From: Planctomycetota bacterium
Lineage (GTDB): Bacteria > Planctomycetota > B15-G4 > SIAN01
NCBI GenBank assembly: GCA_031409275.1
Contig: JANNXA010000022.1
Span: 1 to 64,000, forward strand
Direction: 5' to 3'
Length of the DNA stretch: 64,000 bases
The position numbers and the translations under genes are program-made. The notes below the pieces were generated by a model. The model searched no databases. It was not told the origin of the DNA and saw only the letters and a program-made list of their open reading frames with translations. Shown in pieces: positions 56,941 through 64,000 of this stretch (position 1 is the first letter of the stretch; the number at the start of each line of letters is the position of its first letter).

Positions 56941-58788
56941 ATGCGCATCGAGCGACTTCCCGCGACCGTCATCGACCAGATCGCCGCCGGCGAAGTGGTC
57001 GAGCGTCCGGCGAGCGTGGTGAAGGAGCTGGTCGAGAACGCCATCGATGCCGGCGCGCGGCAGGTGCGGGTCGAAGTCGAAGGCGGCGGCCTCGTGCGCC
57101 TGGCCATCTTCGACGACGGCGCCGGCATCGCGCCGGAACAGCTGTCGCTCGCGCTCGAGGCGCACGCGACCTCGAAGATCCGCGCCGCCGACGACCTGCT
57201 GGCGGTGAGCACCTTCGGCTTCCGCGGCGAGGCGCTGGCCAGCATCGCGTCGATCGCTCACGTCACTCTCGCCTCCCGCCCGCGGGACGGCGAATCAGGC
57301 GCGTCGATCGTCGTGCGCGGTGGCGTCGTCGAAGCGCCGCGGCCGCTGGCGCGCGCGCCGGGCACGACCATCGAAGTGCGCGACCTCTTCTTCAACACGC
57401 CGGCGCGGCGCAAGTTCATGAAGGCGGAGTCGACCGAGCTCGCGCACATCACCGAAGCGGTGCTGCGCCTCGCGCTCGCCCGACTCGACGTCGGCTTCGA
57501 GCTCGTGAGCCACGGTCGCCGCACGCTGCGGCTCGAAGCGGGGCAGACGCTGCGCGCGCGGATCGCCGCCGGCTTCGGCAAGGAGCTCGCCGACGCGCTG
57601 CTCGAGGTGACGTTGACCTTGCCCGAACTCAAGCTGCGCGGCCTGCTGGCGCCGCCCGATCGCGCGCGCGCCCGCACCACGCTGCAGCAACTCTGGGTGA
57701 ATGGCCGCTTCGTCCGCGATCGAACGGTGCAAGGCGCCGTGCGATCGGCCTATCGCGACTTCCTCGCCGAGAGCCTCGCGCCGGTCTGGTTCCTCTTCCT
57801 CGAGCTGCCGCCGGCCGACGTCGACTGCAACGTGCACCCGACCAAGATCGAAGTGCGCCTGCGTCGCCCGGCCGACGTCTATCAAGCGGTCGTTGCCGCT
57901 GTCGAGCGGACGCTGCGTGGCGCCGACCTCGCGCCGCGCTTTCGCGCACCACTGCCGCGACCCTGGCTCGACGCGCCGCCGGTCGCGGCCGCTGCGCCGC
58001 CGGTCGAGTTGCGCGACTCGCAAGGCGGCGAGCTCGCTGCCGTCGCGAGCCACGTGCCCGCGCCCATCGCCGGGGGTGAGAGTCTGTTCGATGTGCTGGC
58101 CGAAGGGGCGCCACGACCCGCTGGCGCGCCCGCGAGCGCTGCGGCCGCCGTCGCGCCGGCCCGTCTGCAACAACCCACGCTCATGGCCGCGCCAGCTCCG
58201 GTCCGACTGCTGCCGGGACGATTCGTTCAGGTGCTGAAGACCTACGTCGCCGCGGCCTGCCCGGAAGGGCTCGTGATCTTCGACCAGCACGCGCTGCACG
58301 AGCGAGTGCTCTACCGACACCTGCGCGTCGAGTGGCAGGCCGGGACGATCCGGCGCCAGGAGCTGCTGATGCCGCTCTCGGTCGAGCTCCCGGCCGCCGA
58401 CGTGCTGGCGCTCGAGGAGGCGACCGATCTGCTCGAGTGCGTCGGCGTGCGCGTGGCGCCGCTCGGTCGAACGACGGTCGGCGTCTCGTCGTTGCCCGCG
58501 GTCACGGCGCCGCGAGATGTTGCCGGCTTGATGACGCGGCTGGTCACTCTGCTGCGCGGCGAACGTCCCGAAGGTCGCATCGACGACTTCGCCGATCGCA
58601 TGCTCTTCACGATGGCCTGCCATCGCGCGGTGCGTGCCGGCGACCCGCTCGGCGAAGAGCAGATCGCTGGGCTGCTGGCCGAAGCGGACCAGATCGAGCA
58701 CGCGCACGCCTGCCCGCATGGTCGTCCGACTCGCGTCGTCATCCCGCTGGCCGAACTCGAGAACCTCTTCAAGCGACGCGGCTTCTGA
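56941..58788 (+). CDS. mutL: DNA mismatch repair endonuclease MutL
   Basis: IAAGEVVERPASVVKELVEN, FGFRGEAL, DCNVHPTK, DQHALHER, ACH, CPHGRP. Confidence 0.97.
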   Translation: MRIERLPATVIDQIAAGEVVERPASVVKELVENAIDAGARQVRVEVEGGGLVRLAIFDDGAGIAPEQLSLALEAHATSKIRAADDLLAVSTFGFRGEALASIASIAHVTLASRPRDGESGASIVVRGGVVEAPRPLARAPGTTIEVRDLFFNTPARRKFMKAESTELAHITEAVLRLALARLDVGFELVSHGRRTLRLEAGQTLRARIAAGFGKELADALLEVTLTLPELKLRGLLAPPDRARARTTLQQLWVNGRFVRDRTVQGAVRSAYRDFLAESLAPVWFLFLELPPADVDCNVHPTKIEVRLRRPADVYQAVVAAVERTLRGADLAPRFRAPLPRPWLDAPPVAAAAPPVELRDSQGGELAAVASHVPAPIAGGESLFDVLAEGAPRPAGAPASAAAAVAPARLQQPTLMAAPAPVRLLPGRFVQVLKTYVAAACPEGLVIFDQHALHERVLYRHLRVEWQAGTIRRQELLMPLSVELPAADVLALEEATDLLECVGVRVAPLGRTTVGVSSLPAVTAPRDVAGLMTRLVTLLRGERPEGRIDDFADRMLFTMACHRAVRAGDPLGEEQIAGLLAEADQIEHAHACPHGRPTRVVIPLAELENLFKRRGF

Positions 58789-58809
58789 ACGGCGCCGCGC
58801 CGGCATGGC

Positions 58810-59688
58810 TCAGCGCGGCGGAGCGAAGTCGGCGTCGCTGAAGACGGGCGCGACTTCGAGCAGCACGATGTAGAGCGTCTGCCGCGGATTCGCTTCGCCG
58901 TCGGCCCACAGCTCGACCTTGCCCGGGACATCGAGGCCACCATTGCGCTCGTGTTTCGTGAAGCAGACCTGGATCGCCTCTTCGCCGTCTGGCATCAGGC
59001 GCGCCCCCATGAGGTGCAGCTCCTTCTCGTCGAAGTAGAGCCAGACTCGCGCCGGCTTGGACTGCCCCTCGCGCATGACGGTGAGCTTGCCTTCGACCAC
59101 GCGCGCCGTGATCGCGTGGGCGCTGACGTCGGGCAGGAGATTGAGCTCGGTGAGGCGTGGCGCCAGTCGATCGAGCTGGAAGGCGCCGGTCAGCAGTTCC
59201 GTCAGTTCGAAGTCCTGCTGCAACTGCTTCCAGTCCGCCTCGCCGCCCGGCTCATCGAGCCAGCGCACGTTCTTGCCGCTGCGCAGCCACGGTCGCTTGC
59301 CGTCGTAGCCGCTCCAGGTCTCGGCGCCGTCGAAGGAGGACTTGGCGCGCGTCCAGATGCGGTCGGGCGCACGGAAGCGCCGCTCCGCTTCGACGGCCAC
59401 GTCGTCCCCTTGGGGCGAGCGATACTGCAGACGCACCTTCACGCGCAGGGCGAGTGGGGCGTCGCCGGACGCGGTGCCGCCGCCTCGTTGCGCCACGGCG
59501 GCTTTCGCCAGCAGGGCCACCGCCGCGGGATCCGAAGCGGATGCCGGTGCGACCACCGGAGCGCTCGGCACCGCCGGCGCTTCAACCGGCTTTGGCGTCG
59601 CGTCCTGCGCTGCCGCGACTCCGGTGATGGCGAGGAGCAACGCGCCTCGCCACCGGCCGCTGCGGCGCCGGCGCTTTTGCGGCGACAC
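58810..59688 (-). CDS. Hypothetical exported protein, possibly LolA-like fold; start uncertain
   Basis: Basic then hydrophobic signal ending AAA-QD; beta-rich body with GYDGKRPW and VWLYFD. Confidence 0.55.
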   Translation of the reverse strand: MSPQKRRRRSGRWRGALLLAITGVAAAQDATPKPVEAPAVPSAPVVAPASASDPAAVALLAKAAVAQRGGGTASGDAPLALRVKVRLQYRSPQGDDVAVEAERRFRAPDRIWTRAKSSFDGAETWSGYDGKRPWLRSGKNVRWLDEPGGEADWKQLQQDFELTELLTGAFQLDRLAPRLTELNLLPDVSAHAITARVVEGKLTVMREGQSKPARVWLYFDEKELHLMGARLMPDGEEAIQVCFTKHERNGGLDVPGKVELWADGEANPRQTLYIVLLEVAPVFSDADFAPPR

Positions 59689-59755
59689 GCTTCGCCCGCT
59701 ATGGAGTGCGCGCGCGCAAGTTGGATCCTCGCGGGTCGTGGAGCGTTCTTCGTTC

Positions 59756-60916
59756 ATGCCGGTCCCCTCGTTCGATCTGCGGGCGCAGAATGAACCGCTG
59801 CTGGCCGAAATCAAGGCGGCCGTTGCGCGCGTCCTGGACAGCGGCCGCTTCATCGGGGGCGATGAGGTCGAACGCTTCGAGGAGGCGCTCGCGCACCACC
59901 TCGGTTGCAAGGCGGCCGTTGCGCTCTCGTCGGGCAGCGACGCCCTGCTCGCCGCGCTGCTTGCGCTCGACATCGGACCCGGCGATGCCGTGGTCACGAC
60001 GCCGTTCACCTACTTCGCGACGGCGGCGGCGATCGTCCGGGTGGGCGCGCATCCGCTGTTCGCGGACGTCGATCCGCTGACGCTCAACCTCGATCCGCAG
60101 CAGGCAGAGGCGGCGGTCCTGCGTGGCAAGCGGCTTCCGGGCGTGCGGCGGGTCGCCGCCTTGCTGCCCGTCCACCTGTTCGGTCGCGTCGCCGACCTTG
60201 CCGGGCTGCGCGACGTCGCGGCGCGGCATGACCTCGCGCTGATCGAGGATGTCGCGCAGGCGTTCGGCGCACGCTGGCGCGGAGCCGCTGCCGGAACGAT
60301 CGGCCGCATCGGCTGCTTCAGCTTCTATCCCACCAAGAACCTCGGCGGCTTCGGCGACGGCGGGGCGGCCGTCACCGACGACGTCGCGCTGGCCGAGCGG
60401 TTGCGCCGCCTGCGCCAGCACGGACAGGCGAGCGGTCGCGTCTACGAGCACGTCGAAGTCGGCGGCAACTTCCGCCTCGACGCCATCCAGTGCGCGGCGC
60501 TCGCAGTGAAGCTGCCGCATGTGGGCCGATGGCAGCAGCAGCGCCTCGCGCTGGCCGAGCTCTATCGGACCGCCCTGCGGTCGCGCCGACTCGAGTCGTT
60601 CGTGATGGCGCCGGCGCCGGCCCCATTCGGCGAGCACGTCTATCACCAGTTCGTCGCGCGCGTGCCGGCACGAGACGCGCTGCGCGCTCATCTCGCCGCG
60701 AACGGCATCGGTACCGCCGTCTACTACCCGCTGCCGCTCCACCTGCAGCCGAGTCTGCGCGACATGCACGGCCAAGCAGGCGCTCTGCCGGTGGCAGAGC
60801 AAGCCGCACGCGAAGTGGTCGCCTTGCCGTTCTTTCCGGGCATGACGGCCGACGCGGTCGATGCGGTGGTGGCGGCGCTGGCGCACTTCGCGCCGGTGGG
60901 GCAAAACGATGGATGA
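59756..60916 (+). CDS. DegT/DnrJ/EryC1/StrS sugar aminotransferase
   Basis: SSGSDAL, PVHLFG, IEDVAQA, SFYPTKNLGGFGDGG, NFRLDAIQ. Confidence 0.95.
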   Translation: MPVPSFDLRAQNEPLLAEIKAAVARVLDSGRFIGGDEVERFEEALAHHLGCKAAVALSSGSDALLAALLALDIGPGDAVVTTPFTYFATAAAIVRVGAHPLFADVDPLTLNLDPQQAEAAVLRGKRLPGVRRVAALLPVHLFGRVADLAGLRDVAARHDLALIEDVAQAFGARWRGAAAGTIGRIGCFSFYPTKNLGGFGDGGAAVTDDVALAERLRRLRQHGQASGRVYEHVEVGGNFRLDAIQCAALAVKLPHVGRWQQQRLALAELYRTALRSRRLESFVMAPAPAPFGEHVYHQFVARVPARDALRAHLAANGIGTAVYYPLPLHLQPSLRDMHGQAGALPVAEQAAREVVALPFFPGMTADAVDAVVAALAHFAPVGQNDG

Positions 60917-62672
60917 GCCGCGCGCGTCGCGCGCGCCCTTCCCGCTGCCCGGACTTCTCTTCGCGCTGCTGCTCGTGGCCGTCGTGCATGGACCGCTGCT
61001 CTCGGTGGGGCCGCTGCTGGATGAGGGGCCCTTCCTCGCCGGGCTTGCCGAGTCGCGTGGCGCGGCGCTCTCGATGCGTTGGTTGCCCATCGAGGTTGCC
61101 TGGTTCGGGGGCGAGGCATTCGGCCATCGCCTGTTCGCGCTGCTGCTGGAAGCGGGAACGCTGCTTTGCGCCGCGGTCGCGCTACGACGCACGCCGCGAC
61201 CCAATCTGGCGCTGCTGGCGCTCGCCGCCTACCTCGTCCACCCGTGGCGCAGCGAGAGCGTGGTCCGGCTCGGTGCGCGCGCCGTGCTCCTCTCGGAATT
61301 CGCGGCGGCGCTGGCCGCGCTCCTGGCCACCCGTCGATCGAAGCTGGCGGTGGCGATCAGCGCCCTTCCCGCGGCCCTCGCGACGAGCGGTCTGCCGCTG
61401 CTGGCGCTGGGGCTGCTGCCGGCCGCGGCGTTCCTTCGCGGTGGAGCCGTGCGCCGCCTCGCGCCGCTGCTGGTCGGCGCCGCGATCGGAGTCGCCGTGT
61501 GGTGGCCCGCCGCGCCGCCGGCGCTCGCGTCGTCGACCGCGCTGCCCGCGCTCACGCTGCTGGCGACCCCGTGGCAGACCGGCTTCGAGCACGGCTTCGC
61601 CGGCTGGTCCATCGCGTGGTTCGCCGGTGCACTGCTCCTCCTCGCTCCGCTGCTCGTCGCGTCGCCGACCACGCGTCGCCTCACGGGGACCCTCACGCTG
61701 GCAGCACTGCTGGCCGTGGTCGCCGCGCCAGGGCTGCGACCGCCGCGAACGGGTCTCGAGTACCTTGGCAGCGGCATGACGCCGGAAGGTTGGCTGCCGT
61801 TCCTCGGGCTTCTCTTCGCGGCGACCGCTGCGGCCGCGAGCGGTGCGCGCGAGAGGCGCGGTGGCGCGCTTTCTCGGTTGCCGTTGCTGCTGCACGGCGG
61901 CCTTGTGGTGGCCGGCGGTTTCGTCGAGGCGCGTCGTTTCGCCGAACCGATCGCGCTGCTCGATCACGCCATCGTGGTCGCGCCCGAAAGCGTCGAGCTC
62001 AAGCTGCTGCGAGGACAGCTTTTCCTCGCGGAGAGCCAGCTCGCGCCGCCGGCCGAGGCGCTGCAGTTTGCCGACGCGGCACTCGATCTCGTCGAGCGCA
62101 GCAAGCGGCTGCGGCCCGGCGATCCAGCGGTGTTGACGCTCGAGGTGCTGGCGCTGGCGCTGCGTGCGCGGCTTGACGAGGCGCGCGCTGCGAGCGATCG
62201 CCTGCTCGAGGGGTTTCCCGACGACTGGCGAGCGCGTGTCGCGCGCGCCGAACTCGAAGCGATCGCCGGTGACTCGTGCGCCGCGTTGCGCTGGATGCGG
62301 TCGGCGGTCGCCGCGAGCGATCTGCCGGCGCTGCGGGCCAGCCTCGCGCGATCGCTCGATGCGGTCTACCGCGAATTGCGCGTCGCCCTCGCCGATCGGC
62401 GTTGGGAGGAGGCGCGCCGCTTGTGCGAGCGGCTGATCGAAGTGGCGCCGGAAGAGATGGCGGCGCGCGAGGCCTACATCGACACCTTCACGCTCGCCGG
62501 CCAGCTGACGCAGGCGCTGGCCGCTGCGGAGGAGCTCTTCGCCGCAGCGCCTCGTTCCGCCAACGTGGTGCAACGGTTGGCGAGCTTGCATGAACGGCTC
62601 GGCCATCCGGACGAGGCGCGTCGATTCCAGCAGCTCCTGCGTGAGTTGCGGCCGGCAGGCGCGAACCGGTGA
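60909..62672 (+). CDS. Multi-TM protein with C-terminal TPRs (divergent TMTC-like)
   Basis: LLDE in first loop, LVHPWRSESVVRLGARAVLL motif, TPR-like helical C-terminus. Confidence 0.65.
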   Translation: MDEPRASRAPFPLPGLLFALLLVAVVHGPLLSVGPLLDEGPFLAGLAESRGAALSMRWLPIEVAWFGGEAFGHRLFALLLEAGTLLCAAVALRRTPRPNLALLALAAYLVHPWRSESVVRLGARAVLLSEFAAALAALLATRRSKLAVAISALPAALATSGLPLLALGLLPAAAFLRGGAVRRLAPLLVGAAIGVAVWWPAAPPALASSTALPALTLLATPWQTGFEHGFAGWSIAWFAGALLLLAPLLVASPTTRRLTGTLTLAALLAVVAAPGLRPPRTGLEYLGSGMTPEGWLPFLGLLFAATAAAASGARERRGGALSRLPLLLHGGLVVAGGFVEARRFAEPIALLDHAIVVAPESVELKLLRGQLFLAESQLAPPAEALQFADAALDLVERSKRLRPGDPAVLTLEVLALALRARLDEARAASDRLLEGFPDDWRARVARAELEAIAGDSCAALRWMRSAVAASDLPALRASLARSLDAVYRELRVALADRRWEEARRLCERLIEVAPEEMAAREAYIDTFTLAGQLTQALAAAEELFAAAPRSANVVQRLASLHERLGHPDEARRFQQLLRELRPAGANR

Positions 62673-64000
62673 GCGCCAGGGCGCGCGCGAACTGGCTCGC
62701 GCTGCTGGTCACGCTGTTCGCTGCCGCGTGGCACGCGAGCTACGCCTTCCACGGCATCGCGCTCTTCGACGAGGGAGTGCTCGCGGACGGCGCGCTGCGG
62801 CTGCAGCGTGGCGAACTTCCCGGCGTCGACGCGACCCTGCCGTATGGACCGGCAACCTACGGACTGGTGGCCGGGGCCTTCAGCGCGTTCGGCGCGAGCG
62901 TCGCCACCATGCGTGGCGTGATGGTGGCGCTGCAGGCACTCTGTGACGGCGCCCTCTTCCGCGTCGCATGGTCGACCACCGGCGGGTGGGGGGCGTTGCT
63001 GGCCGCGATGCTGCTGGCGGTCGCGCACGGGTCGCTGCACAAGTCGGCCGTGGTGGTCGCGGCGCTGTGCGGATTGCTGGCGGCGCAACGGTTGGGGCGT
63101 CGGTCGGACGCGACGGGCGCATTCCAGGCGGGACTGGGTTGCGCCGCCGCCTTCTTGTTCCGCCACGACGTCGGCGGCTTTGCTGGACTCGCGTGCGCGC
63201 TGGCGTTGCTGTTCGAGTGCGCGCCCGAGCGTGTCGCGTGGTGGAAGCGCTGGTTCGCGCTCGTGGCCGGATTCGTGGCGCCGTTGGCGCCATTGCTGAT
63301 CGCGATGGGGGCGGCGGGCTTCGACCTCCCGCGCTGGTGGGCGCTTGAGTGGCAGCGGATCGCGATCCAGGAGCAGATCGCGGTGGAGTGGTCGCCGGCA
63401 CCCGACGGTGAGGGCTGGCGCGCCGGTCGCATCGTGCTCGCGGTTGCGTTGGTCGCGGCGCCGATGCTCCATCTGATTTGGGGAGCCGGGGTCGTGGCGC
63501 GCTGGCGGAGGCGAGCGCCGTTGCCGCAAGACACGATGCGGCTCGCGTCCGCGACGCTTGGCCTGCTGCTGCTCAATCAGGCGCGCCTCGTGCCGTCGGC
63601 CAACCATCTGTTTCAGGCGTTCGCGCCGGTGGCGCTCGCGGCCGCTGACCTGCTGGCGCGGCGCGGTCGCAACGTGCGCTCGCGCGTGCTGCTCGTCGCC
63701 ATCGTCGCGTCGGTCACTGCATGGGCGGCGCTGGGTCGCAGCGGCCCCTACTCCGGCACGTTCAAGCAGCGCATCGAGGGGGCCGTGCCGGTGCAGCTGG
63801 CGACGGCCGGCGTTTCGCTTCGCCCCGAGTTCGCCACCGGACTCGAACGGGTCGTCGCGGCGATCCAGCGACGGGTGGGCGTCGATGAGCCGTTGGCCAC
63901 CAGTCCCGGTGCGCCGCTGCTCGGCCTGCTGGCGCAACGCCGCCTCGCGCTGCCGTTCGCCGAACCGTCGTACTACTACCACTCCGAACGCTTCCAGCGC
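62669..64000 (+). CDS. GT-C fold (ArnT/PMT-like) membrane glycosyltransferase, running off the window end
   Basis: Translated by hand from the GTGA overlap: ...FDEGVLADGALRLQRGELPGVDATLPYGP...; multi-TM; absent from the ORF track because no stop is in the window. Confidence 0.75.
   Translation, partial: MSARARANWLALLVTLFAAAWHASYAFHGIALFDEGVLADGALRLQRGELPGVDATLPYGPATYGLVAGAFSAFGASVATMRGVMVALQALCDGALFRVAWSTTGGWGALLAAMLLAVAHGSLHKSAVVVAALCGLLAAQRLGRRSDATGAFQAGLGCAAAFLFRHDVGGFAGLACALALLFECAPERVAWWKRWFALVAGFVAPLAPLLIAMGAAGFDLPRWWALEWQRIAIQEQIAVEWSPAPDGEGWRAGRIVLAVALVAAPMLHLIWGAGVVARWRRRAPLPQDTMRLASATLGLLLLNQARLVPSANHLFQAFAPVALAAADLLARRGRNVRSRVLLVAIVASVTAWAALGRSGPYSGTFKQRIEGAVPVQLATAGVSLRPEFATGLERVVAAIQRRVGVDEPLATSPGAPLLGLLAQRRLALPFAEPSYYYHSERFQR

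Noticed and set aside
1..64000. CRISPR arrays, IS elements, prophage or defence genes
   Set aside because: No regularly spaced repeats, and no transposase, integrase or phage motifs were seen.

Overview
High-GC (roughly 70%) bacterial chromosomal segment; gene content suggests a Planctomycetota-type organism (inference). It is densely coding, with about 48 CDS, one tRNA-Val(GAC), and no CRISPR array, integrase or transposase. Housekeeping genes include uvrA, thiL, tsaE, nadD, pstCAB, uppP, larC, tgt, ruvB, ubiE/ubiX/ubiA-type genes, holA and mutL. The main points of interest are five. (1) A translationally coupled trio: double-length UvrA, an XPB/Rad25 helicase and an XPB-partner protein, possibly a hybrid UvrA/TFIIH-like repair module. 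(2) An in-frame fusion of an ArsR/SmtB repressor to a PstS lipoprotein, preceded by a matching operator palindrome and heading a phoU-less pst operon. (3) Three paralogous ~1040-1115 aa surface lipoproteins (lipobox, poly-Gly, Ig-like and YVTN-type propeller) interleaved with menaquinone genes; two have similar upstream regions and two have long 3' hairpins. (4) An ECF sigma factor with an anti-sigma carrying a prenyltransferase-like sensor domain. (5) A signal peptidase I homologue lacking its catalytic Lys. All calls come from reading motifs by eye; no database searches were run.
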